64,000 bases of DNA, from assembly GCF_964355755.1 (NCBI RefSeq), contig NC_092673.1, positions 27,587,648-27,651,647 on the forward strand, given 5' to 3'. Made by a program: the position numbers and the translations under genes. The notes under the pieces were generated by a model, which was given only the letters and a program-made list of their open reading frames with translations, was not told where the DNA came from and ran no database searches. The stretch is from Antedon mediterranea. Its lineage: Eukaryota > Animalia > Echinodermata. Below are positions 12,601 to 24,200 of this stretch, piece after piece. Positions within the stretch are counted from its first letter, which is position 1. Each line of letters starts with the position of its first letter.

Positions 12601-14479
12601 TCGTCTCGTCGGCAGAAAATTAAACATGTTTAAAGTTCTCTCGAAGCTTAAAACCCATGCCACGTCTGGATTCAACAGCAGTGAAGAGTCAAGACGGCTT
12701 GTCAGACCTCGTCGTAGTACGACGCGGTCTGAGTTGGCCTTAGGCCTAATTCGATGGAAATAATCATATTTTTTATAATTTTGTTGAAAATGTGACCGTT
12801 TGTGGTATATTGCATTCACTGCCTTAAAATCGCTTCATTCTCTGTGTCATTTCTCAGACATATATCTGTATGCGTAGCGGTTGTTACCTACTTTCTAGAC
12901 GAGGTCCTAAGGGACAACCGCTCGACTCCTTAGTAAGCCGAGGCACATTACACGTACCGGAATGTATACAAGCAATGGTAATCCAACGAATGTTTGAATC
13001 TAGAGCAGACTTTGACAGTCTCGGTGTCCGATCAACCAAATCGATTTTTACTGCATCTAAAATTATGTGCGACACATTTCCGGATCGGATCATGAACGGA
13101 ACGATTAAAGTTAAGGATAACGTTAAGATGTTTACGAAGACTTGTGTAAAATTTGTAGATGGAACATACATTGACAACATTGACATCGTAATCTGTGCCA
13201 CTGGATATCGCACTACTTTTCCATTCCTCGATCCTGATATTTTTGACGGTAATTTTAATAATTATCCGGTATTTTTGGATAGGCCTACTTTTTGAATAAA
13301 CAGTAACACGTGCAATGTTAAAGACAGTTGTCCTATTTGGAACACGACACATTGTATTTATTTATTTCAACAATATATCGTTGATCATTAGGAACAATAC
13401 CTTATGACAAGACATAAACATGAAAAAATTAAAATAGACATCATAACCGTCTACAGTAATGCTTATTTAGTGAGTACCACAACTGCTGTTTTGGCAATTT
13501 TTAAAGTATCCACTTTTTTGATATGATACAGCCAGCAGTCATTGAATGATTTAAAATAATGCTACTATCACATCAATTACTGTAATAGTTTTTTAGGTTC
13601 ATTTATGCGTCTGAAGATTGAAACAAGTGGAGAGGAGGCTCCTCTACTCCCCACCCCATGAGCTACTTGCTTACCTATTGCAACTGCATCACTATAATAA
13701 GTATATTACTGTTTGTATTGCAGACACTAGGTTTGAGCTGTATAAGCATATTCTATCTCCTAAGTACCCTACTCTTGCGTTCATCGGCATTATTAGTGTG
13801 TTAGGAGGAGCTACATCACCGGTGGCTGAGCTGCAAGCCCGCTGGGCCACTTCCGTCTTTTCCGGCAACTTGCGAATTCCAGAGTTACCGACTCGACAAC
13901 GTGATGCCAAACATCGAATTGATTCTCTTATCAAAAGGCATGGCTTCCTAAAATTAGCTGTAAGTAGGTGTATATATTATAATACAGTTATATTGTTTAA
14001 AATATAGCCTACTGTACAGTACTGTGACATGCTATTGAAGATGAGAATTTTATAAAAAAATAAACAGTTATGATGCAATTGCAAATAGTTTATTTCAACA
14101 ATATTGCTAATGTTACTCCTTTTACGGCATTAATTAATCATATACATGACGTTTATTTTAGATTTCACACTTACCATACCAGGAAGAATTAGCCGGTGAT
14201 ATTGGTGCTAGGCCCAGCTATGCGCTGTTTTTGACCGACCCAAAGCTTGCTGCTAAGGTGTTCTTTGGACCGGCATACCCTTCGTCGTACAGACTTCAGG
14301 GACCACACCAATGGCCTGGGGCGAGAAAAGCTATCATGAATGCATGGGAAAATACAGTAAATCCAACAAAAACAAGGCAACTTGATGTGCAAAATCACGC
14401 ATCCATATTCAAACCACTTCTCGTGGTCACCGTTTCTTTTTTGATTATGTTTATAGTATATTATATTAGCAATTTCTAA
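9683..14479 (+). CDS. fmo: Flavin-containing monooxygenase (FMO family, class B flavoprotein monooxygenase), 6 exons, ~524 aa
   Basis: Exons 9683-9797, 10504-10962, 12405-12460, 12858-13248, 13724-13959, 14162-14479 all have GT-AG junctions with consistent phase (1575 nt). Motifs: FAD site VIGAGISG, GGVW, TNTSKEMMCFSDF, FMO signature FKGQVVHSNAF, NADPH site GASHSAGD, CATGY, AELQARW and a C-terminal membrane anchor. Confidence 0.95.
11075..12246. mobile_element. Harbinger/PIF-like MITE (gctctgtctacactatcaaact family) in FMO intron 2, split by a nested element
   Basis: TIRs gctctgtctacactatcaaact / agtttgatagtgtagacagagc with TAA flanks; same family as six other copies in the window. Confidence 0.8.
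11171..12187. mobile_element. Foldback/Mutator-like non-autonomous element
   Basis: Termini gggtgtcacgaaacctaagacc / ggtcttaggtttcgtgacaccc; 10-bp direct repeat ggcatatcac on both sides; subterminal (taagacc)n repeats; long internal imperfect inverted repeats. Confidence 0.75.
12561..12740. mobile_element. Small MITE in FMO intron 3
   Basis: Inverted termini aagccaactcagacagcgt / acgcggtctgagttggcct. Confidence 0.6.
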
Positions 14480-14807
14480 AACATATTGAGACTTTTTTAT
14501 TACATGGAACGCTACAGAATTTATATATTTCTATAATTGTTTATTTTTATATTATCAAATTCCTAAAAACCGTTAACAGTTCGTCATTCCATGGAGGTAC
14601 CTCCATGGTCATTCAGTCTTTGTGTATTAATAATCTGCATATTTTAAAAACACCTTTGGATTTTAAATTTATAAAATGGATAGATTGATATTGATCAACT
14701 TTACTTTACTGTGACACTGAAATCGGTTTTTATCCAATTCAGAGCGTTAAGTACTTTAAATGCACGTTTCACGTGACGGGTTCATATTTAATATTTACAA
14801 TCCGTTA

Positions 14808-14940
14808 AGCTTCGGTCCTCCTAGGACGTAAGCGCAACATAACACAAGTAGTTGGACCAATCACGACACGATGTATCACCATCTATCGCATCGTGAGTGG
14901 TCAAATTATTTGTGTCGCGTCCTACTGACCACTCTTAAAT
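14808..14940. mobile_element. Palindromic MITE-like repeat with paired CCAAT motifs (related copies at ~26074-26195 and ~27050-27130)
   Basis: Shared core ttgaccaatcacg...gtgattggtcaa in inverted arrangement at three sites. Confidence 0.55.
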
Positions 14941-15759
14941 CTAAATGCCACACAACGTATTTACCGTAATAATGGCTAAATATGGCGTCTGCAATACCTG
15001 GATGAAACAGCATTCACAATGCCTTTGTAATGTTTTGCACGTAAATCCGGTTATCTGATCAGAGAGGGTTTCTTTATTTCCATCAAACACAAGAAACATC
15101 AAACAAACATCAATTAGGCAAGTAGAAATTTGAGATTAGGTACAGATTAATTACTTCTGAATTATATTAATTCTGTAGTCTGCTAAATTGGAGTATTCCC
15201 ATTTCACATTATCTACCTCAAATTACATTAATGGCAATATTAAAACAAAGTGTATGCATTCATAGTTATATTAAAGAGTGTATCGCTTTGTGCACTTTCA
15301 TTGTGTTATTGTATTTCATAGTTTTCCATCAGAAAAATTTAGAAAAAAAGCACGGTCATGGTGATGTACTATTGCCAGATTTTGTTTAGATTTCTTAAAA
15401 GGTTAAAAGTAATTTATTAAATTGCTTTTGAAATTAGTTTAGTACGACCTATATTATCATTGTTCCAATTGTAACGGAAGGTTCTTCATGTACGGTAGTC
15501 TTCGAGGAAAGAAAATCTCGAATGACTAAATACAAGGAAGACAGAATGAATGTTTCAAGTTGCATAGGCACTGTATTTGTTGGTTTATTTGTTATAAATA
15601 AAGCTCTACAATTATCGTTAGTTTACTTGTTCTTTATTCGTTGTGTACATGTGCTCTTACTATAACATGGAATCATGGGATGTCCCAAAGGTAGACTACA
15701 GATGGCACCAGAACTATTAAGATGATCATCAACAGGCCCTGCATCACCTATTGATGAAA

Positions 15760-16156
15760 TTGTCTTTTTTGATGTTTTTTATTCGGCATTTGTTGCTGTT
15801 GAAAATGTGTTTGTGGCTGTTATAATCGCGTGCACCCTTAGGTTATGGAAAAAACAAAATATTTTTATTTGTTCGTTAGCATTGTCTGACAAAATCTGTT
15901 CGTCTTACTTTTATGCGTATGAATTCGCAAATGTACGCATTTCAACACGATAAATTAGGGTTACAAACGCTTTAATGCGGCATAGGAACCACGTCTGTTC
16001 TAACGCTAGGCTCTATTGCCATTGACCGAGCCATCGCTCTTGTATGGGCACCATTTAATTATGACTTTATCGTCACAGTTAAACGCTGTATTATCGTGTG
16101 CGCTTTGATATGGACAATCCCATCTTTGTTGTATGCCGCAATAGTTGTGACTTAAT
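15760..16156 (+). pseudogene. Class A (rhodopsin-like) GPCR pseudogene fragment, TM1-TM4
   Basis: Reads SAFVAVENVFVAVIIAC..LWKKQNIFICSLALSD (TM1 N, TM2 LAxxD), then a stop and frameshift, then SVLTLGSIAIDRAIALVWAPFNYDFIVTVKRCIIVCALIWTIP (DRY-like motif, TM4 W). It terminates shortly after. Confidence 0.75.
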
Positions 16157-17019
16157 ATTAGTAAGAAGATAAATATTTTGGCACATGGCGTTTCATACGT
16201 ATAGGCCTACTATTTTGAGATTCAAACTGTATTTCGGGCCCGATTTCAGGTTCAGACAAACATCGAAAAGCCTCGAAATAACTACAGACTTAGAGCAAGT
16301 CTATGGATGGTACTGTATGCCCGATATACTTTCAAGAATTCATACGAAGATCATGATTGGGATTATTTATATAAGATAATGTAACACTCTGACCATCAGG
16401 TCAACAACCCCTTTTCACTATTTCTCCCTACTCCATCTATTAACATTCCTAGTGGTTTCTTCCTATCCCTAGGTACTCTTTGTTCACTATCCTATAACCC
16501 ACATCCTTAATCAATTACTGTTTCCTCATCATCATGGAATGTTCCCTTTACTAAATAGTCCCTTCCCAGTACATGCATATTAATTAGGACCATTCCTTAA
16601 ATATGAATGTATACTGGTAAGAAAAAGAAGAGAAAGAAAAGAGAGCTTGATAGAATAAAACGTTTATAAATAGAGAAGAAAACGTATGTGATATAGCCAG
16701 AACAGACTGTATTGTATTTAGTATTGAAATAAAACTGTATCTGGACAAAACCATAATTACTGTTTGTACATTCTGTGACTGTGTGAAATCCTGCCGCTGA
16801 GACTATATGATATAGTAACGGATACACTAAAATACCACCGTTACAATAATATAAGATATACAATTATTTATTTGCGTTTTTAATTAAAATGTAGGCCTAA
16901 CCTGTCACATTAAAATGTGTAATACTAATATAATGTGTCCATTGTAACTGGAGCTATTATTAATATAATTGTACACATGTATTTTATAATAAACAGTTAA
17001 CAAAAAAAACAGTAGAATA

Positions 17020-17344
17020 TCTAATATGGTCTTGCGAGAAAACTTCTAAATTGTGGGACGATGTGTTTGATTGGTTCAGGAAATTAGACATCCGTTTTAA
17101 AATAGATTATATAGACATATGCTTTGGTATTTTTGAATACAAATTTACAATTTTATTAACATGTTTTTTACTTCTTACTAAGAGATATATATATATATAT
17201 ATAAGTGCAAGATTTATAAAAGTCCTCTTAACTTCAATCACGTTAAGGACTGGGTACTTTTTACAGAAACTGTGGAGAATAATATTGCAAAAAATAGAAA
17301 TAAGTATAATGTACAGTCCATATCAAAAAAGTATTGTAAACTAA
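17020..17344 (+). mobile_element. Degenerate L1/Tx1-like LINE 3' remnant
   Basis: CEKTSKLWDDVFDWF...ICFGI...LLLTKRYIY resembles the post-zf-RVT C-terminus of L1/Tx1 ORF2; it is frameshifted at a (TA)n tract. Confidence 0.55.
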
Positions 17345-18219
17345 ATTAAGGAATAAGAGTTGAAAATGCAAAACTTGGTAATCGTTACTGACAAGGGGTT
17401 ATTATAGCCTGGTTTAACTTAAGAAATGATTATGATGAGGATTTGTGGTATATCAAACATTGAAAGAGATAATGAAAAAAGAGAATGACGATTGAGATAA
17501 TGTGACGTCCTCAAACGTCTTTGGTTTTTCTTTTTGTTTCGTTCTGTTAAGTGTAATGTTTTTTTTTTGATAAAAGGAGAAAAAAAATTAAAGTTTTTGA
17601 AAAAAAAAACAACAAAAAACAGTGGATACACTAAAAAACGAAGCATTTCTTTTCGGTCATTTGTATTTTTATTTTAACTCTCAACAACTAAACATTGTTA
17701 ATAAATAAATATTAATTATATAATTTACCTTTAATAATAAATAGTATATTCATGCTTTAACCCTTCCTAAAATCTAATTTGATTACAAAACACAATACTA
17801 AACACATGCATGCATTATCATGTACATTATCTAGAGTTTGTGTATGATAAGCATAGTTAATGGCTTAGCCTTAGTTAAGTTACCCGCTAAGTTGGCTTAA
17901 TTGACGAATATTAACGCTAACTTTGCTGGCTGAGTAACCAACAACTTACCTGGTTGCAACTAACCCTTACTTGCATTGAATCACAAACATTTTTTAGTCA
18001 CTTTATAACTGTTTAGAGCGTCTCTCTTGGATTCATTTTACCGAAATTTCATACCATTTCTAAACATTTTCATGTATGATTAAACAACATTTTTACATTT
18101 TAGTAAATTATACCGCAATCATTCGGTACTACTTCGCAATTTTCACCAGTTCTCTTCGTTTTGTGTTGTTTATTTAGACTATGTGTTTTTTAAACACCAT
18201 TAATGTTTTTTTAGCTAAC

Positions 18220-21200
18220 TTACTGTGGTAGTGGCAACACCGTTTCATTGTTTAAAGACTTTTCTAGCAAAAGCTTAGTGGTTATACCTCCTAAGATATC
18301 AAGTTGTGAAACAACAACATTTAATTCTTTACTAGCCCATGTAACCATTTCGACTGCCATCAGTGAGTCGACTCCGTAGTTGATCATGGGCTGGTTGATG
18401 TCAATAGTTCCCGCGTCGACGCACAACAACGCACCCAATTTCTGCTTAACGCGCTGTTCTACATCTTCTAAGCTTAGTGTACAGTCGGTCTTTGAAATGT
18501 TGTCGCTAGCAGCCATGTGTTTGTACTTCATGTTTTCTTTGTAGCTGAACATTTGTGTTGCTCCCCAATCCTACAATTACAGAAAAAAAGACATAAATTA
18601 CGATTAGGCATACAGACAAAATATGAACATTTTATAAATGAAAAGGAATGTTAAAGGAGAAATTTAAAAGTCGGCATAATAACGTACAGTAGACTATCAT
18701 CAAAACGCTGTGATTATTTTCTATCATAAATTATTTAAAAAAGCTGTAATAGTGGATTAATATAACTTACCTGATTGGCAAGGCAGACGACAGCTGGAGA
18801 ACTTGTTGATTGGAAAAGTGATCCAAATACTTCTAGATATTCGTCGATATGAAGAGAGTGATGTCCCTTTAATGCCAGACTGTGTGTGACCTCAGCTCGG
18901 TTTTCGAGAAATCCTGCACCTCTAACGGGTCCAATCTGAGCACTGATTGCAGGCAGACCGCTAACTCTTCGTTTTTCAGCGAGTGAATCAAGGTATGTGT
19001 TTGCTGTAATGTACATTGGTTGAGATGCATGACCCCATGTAGCTGTTACAGATGATAAAGTGAAGAATACATCTAAGTCGCAGTCTTTAGTGTAAGCATC
19101 CAGAAGCTTGGCACTGGTTGCTTTTGAATCAAGAATTTTATCGGTTTCTTCGTATGTAAGAGATTGAAGTGACTCATCGGCGATGTATCCGGCTAAATGT
19201 AATACACCTTTAATGGCTGGAGCTCTTTTCACTTTTAGATCTTCAAACATTTTTTTAATGTGCTCTGATTTACTAACATCAGCTGCGAATTGGTATACTG
19301 TGACTCCTTTCTTTTGAAGGTACTGAACGGCCCGTCGTCCAGCTGCGTTGCGACATCCACGACGAGACACAATTGCAAGATGCTTAGCACCTTTGTCTGC
19401 CATCCAGCGGCACATTGCAAGACCAATTCCACCAAATCCGCCAGTGATGATGTAAGTTGCATTGTCCTTGAAGATTGTAGAAGATTTGTTTACTCTGGGA
19501 GGTTGCATGTTTTCTGGGATGTTGAAAATCATCTTTCCAATATGTGAGCCTTTGGCTGTTCTGGCAATTACTTCTGGGTAATTTTCAATAGATGACACTT
19601 CAAATGTAACCGGTTTCAAGGAGTTATTTTCAAATAGTTTAGATACTTTCTGTAAAAGAATTCTTGCTTTTGGTTTTTGAAGATCCAGCATGAAATCGAT
19701 TTGACAAGAGAGGAATGATTTATTCTCAAGAAGAAGTTGCATCTCAAGATCCGCATTCTTCAATATGTCACGTTTACCAATTTCACAGAAACGACCACCA
19801 GGAGCAAGGCACTTGATACCCTTAGTCAGCAGATCACCACCAAGAGAATTCAACACAACATCGACACCCTTTCCATCTGTCCACTTCATTACGTCATCAT
19901 AGAATGCATCTGATCGTGAATCCGAGACATATTGAATGTCATGTTTTTCTTTGAGATATTGGCGTTTCTTTTGAGTTCCGGCTGTACACATTATCTTTGC
20001 ACCAACCATCTTTGCAACTTGAATAGCACTCAATCCAACACCTCCACAAGCTGAATGTATTAAGACTGTTTCACCTTCTTGTAGATTAGCACGCTCAACG
20101 AGGCTGTGATACGAGGTAGCAAACACGATGGCGATACCAGCACTTTCATCCCATGATAGATTTGATGGTTTGGCGACGACAAGATTAGCATCGCAAACAA
20201 CGTGTGAGGCAAAGCAATGATCACCAAATCCAACAACCTCTTCACCTTCTTTAATGTGCGTCACTCCTTTTCCAACCTTCTCAACAATACCACTCATTTC
20301 AAGACCAAACTTTCTGCCGCCTTCTGATACCAATTCCTCAAGCATACCAAGTGCCATCATCACATCCTTAAAGTTCAATGCTGTACTCTTGACACGGACT
20401 ACTACTTTACCCTCTGCTGGTGGTGGCAATTGAGGTGTATATGAAACTCCTAAATCATCCAAAGACGCGAGTCCGCCGTCCTGTGTTAGCTGCCAATATG
20501 GTGTTTTGACATCAACAGCATCATTCTTGATCTGTAATTTTGCAAGTCTTGGGTACAGATATGTGTCGTTACGGATTACAATTTCTCTTTCTCCCTCTGG
20601 CTTATTAATAATATACTTCATTACGAGTGCAGCCTGAACTAGTGGTGCGTTATTTGGATCGGCATCGATAGAGAATATGGGAGTTTCAGATTGATTAGTG
20701 ACTGCTCTAAACAAGCCAACAGCTTTACTAGCCTCAACGTTAACACTGTCTTTGTTTCCTCCTGCTGTTACAAGCCAAACTCTGCTGAAACTTGCTGGAT
20801 TTTCATCAATGTGTTGAAGGAATTTGAGAAGTGAGTGGCAGTTGCTATCAGACTCACTCCATACATAAACAATCTCTTGAGGTTCATCAGTCGAACGTTT
20901 CATGACAGTGGCTAATGATTCGGATGTACAACTAGATGTTTTCTGGATGGCCTTTGATAGTTTTGTCTCCCGATCACATATCAACGTGTATTTTTGTTGA
21001 GTGGGTTTAATCTGCCCGGTTTTGAAGGATGGTTTTCTGGCAAGGTACATGCTGTGGAAAAACTCTCCAGATGTTGTAGCGGTTTGTACATCTACAAATC
21101 CGTTGTCGATCATGCAGTCTGCCCATTGCTTCTTCGAGAGCCAGCAGTTGCTTGTTCTGAAATCATCGTAAACCCAGCAGAGGTCAAGAGATCCAAAGAC

Positions 21201-24200
21201 AAGTTCAGAAATGAAGTGTGTGTTGGTAGCCTCGTACATCAGGAATAAACCGTCATCGCAAAGAAGATCCTTTACTCGAGACAGTGTATCATTGATGTCA
21301 ACAACTGAGTGAATTGTATCCATACATACAATAAGGTCTACGGTGCCAGGTGCAAATCCTTGTTCAACCAGATCTTTTTCAATGTCCAGTTGTTGGTATT
21401 TAACAAATGGGTAGTCAGCAAGTGTACTCTCAGCATGCATGAAAAAGGTGACACTAAGGTCAGTGAAAATGTACTCAAGACGACGGTCATCTCCAAGTTG
21501 TTTTAGTGGTTCCAAGACGTATTGTGCCAATCCACCCATTCTTCCACCGATCTCTAAGACTCGTACAACCTGTTTCTTTTCAGCTGCCATTTGAACAGCT
21601 TTGTTGATTACTTCTGTTCCGGTTTTGTAAAAAAGCCTTGTAGTTATGGAGTCAATAAAGTAGCTTGGAAGACACTCTGGTCTGAAGAGAAGTTTCACTG
21701 CACTACCTGGGTTTACCAATGTCGTAGTAAAGTTGTCACCCAGACCTCTGATCATTCCTAACTCATGTTTCATCTCTGGAACTTGTTCGTCGAGTTCGTT
21801 CAGCTTCTTTTGGATCATCTCATAAGACAATGGATTGGATGTGTTAGCAGCAACATTGTTCAGGCAATTTAGATAACGAGGGTGAACAGCATATTGCTTT
21901 GGATCAACGGTGTTCAATCCATGACAAATATACGATGTACAAACTTTCTTAATATCATCTACATATTTCTCAACCTTTGCGATACTTTTCATTTCATCAG
22001 GATAACGTGATTGTAGGTTCTTTTCGTCGAACACTTGGTTTAGGATTGATGTATCGTTCATGCAAGATTCAAATGGTTGCCAAACTGTTTCATACAGACA
22101 GTCATCGATGTTTACGTCGGTCTTGACGCCGTCGATTGTCTTGAATTCAACTTCGTAAAGGTTGACTAATACATCTCCACTTTTTGAAACAATTGTAATA
22201 TCCCCTGTCATCGTTTTACTATCGCATTCATTAACTTTAGCGTATGCAAGAACCTCTTCGAATGGTTGGAGTTTAGGCACTCGCATTCTGATGCTCTTGA
22301 TTCCAACGGGCAGGTAAAGAGTTGTTGTATCACCAACCGCACGTAGTAGAAGTTGAAAACATCCATCTAGTTGAACTGTTTGTATGCGTTGTTTATTATC
22401 TTCTGGTGCGATCAAGGTTCCAATAACTTCGCCGTCACCAACGCAAACGTCAGAAACAACCTGGAAAGAGGGGCCATAGTTAAGACCAAGTGATGTAAAG
22501 CTGCTATAAAATTCGTCCTTATCTTGACGCTGAGAACATCTAGCTGAAACGGCATCTATGTCGAAAGGTTCCACTTTTGTCTCTGTAATGGATCGTGGGA
22601 TTACACTTTCACTGAAGATAAGTTTATCGGATGAAATCTCAACACGGTTGCCAGCCTTGGTACAGTTCAACTCAATGTAAGGTGATCCATCAACGCTTGA
22701 ATCGTTCCATGTGCACACACGTTTAAATGATACATTATCCAGATTTGGGCACTCATCTGCTTTGAAGAATGACTGTAGCGCATACTCTACATAACCGGCG
22801 GCCGGGAAGACTACCTTATCTTTCACTACGTGATCAGCAAGGAATGGGAATGAGTTAAGAGATAGTTTGCCAAGTTGACCTCTGTATGTTGGGTCATCAA
22901 TACCAAGACGCTTCTTGTAGGTATGTTCTGGTTCTTTCCAGAATGATGAGTGTTGCCATGGGTATTTTGGTACATCCACCCATTTACCATCGCCGTTGGT
23001 GATATTATTCCAATCCAAGGTTACTCCATTGATGTATAGTTGCCCAAGTGCGTTAAGTGCAGCCATTCTGTCATCATCGTTTCGTTTTCCTGTTGCTACC
23101 GTAACGATATCAGTTTTCCCTTGATCTTTTGCGGTTTGTTTGACGGAAGAAATGAGTGTATTAGAAGCAGCACATTCAATGAAGACATTGGCATCAACAT
23201 CTTGAATAACATTCTTAAGAGCAGACTCAAACTTGACAGTGCTTCTGATGTTTTTCCACCAGTACTCGGTACCAAAATCACCATCATAGATTTCACCAGT
23301 CAAAGTAGAATAGAATTTGACGTTGCGGGTTCCTGCTGGTGTGATAACAGCTCCTCTCATCGAGGCACGGTATGGCTTCTCCATAGGATCCATGTAAGGT
23401 GTGTGGAAAGCACATTGCACACGGAGTTGTTTAGCTTTGATGTTCTTATCATTGACTACAGCTAATATACTTTCTTCAGATCCTGCCAGTGTTAGTGAAC
23501 CAGGTGCGTTTTCAGCAGCTATGTACAAATCGTTGTATTTTGAGCAAACCTCTTCTGCTTCAGCTGTTGTTAAGCGAACGGCAACCATGCTACCTGCACC
23601 CTTGAGACGTGCTTGATTTTTGCTTCTGTAATAGATGACTTTGACAGTTTCTTCTAAGGTTAATCCTCCACTGGCGTATGCAGCAGCAACTTCTCCAAGA
23701 CTGTGTCCAACAACTACATCAGGTTTCAATCCCCAACTGCGCCATAATTCATATAAACCTATCTGCAGGAAGCATATAGCAGGCTGGCTAATTTCCATAT
23801 CGTTGATATTTTCCTCGTTGACCATATTTGCACCTGTGTTACCATTGAACAATCCCTTAGATTTGACCAGCGACCATCCGCTAACTTTACAGAATATGTC
23901 ATCGCAGGTGTTGATAACGTTTCGGAATGTTGGTTCTGTTTTGTAGAGTTGTCTTCCCATATTCACCCATTGCTGTCCTTGTCCTGGGAAAACGAAGCAA
24001 ACTTTATGTGATGGGTTATATGTTGTTCCAGACCATATTCCCTCTCCGTTTTCATTTGTGGTGAACTTTGTCAGTCTTTCTCTGAATTCCTCTCCTGAAG
24101 ATGCGATGACAGCAAGTCGGTTTTCGTGGTGCTTTCTGCGAGTTGATTGCCAACCGATGGCGTGTGTGGCGTCTTCAGATGTTTCAAATTCCATCCATTT

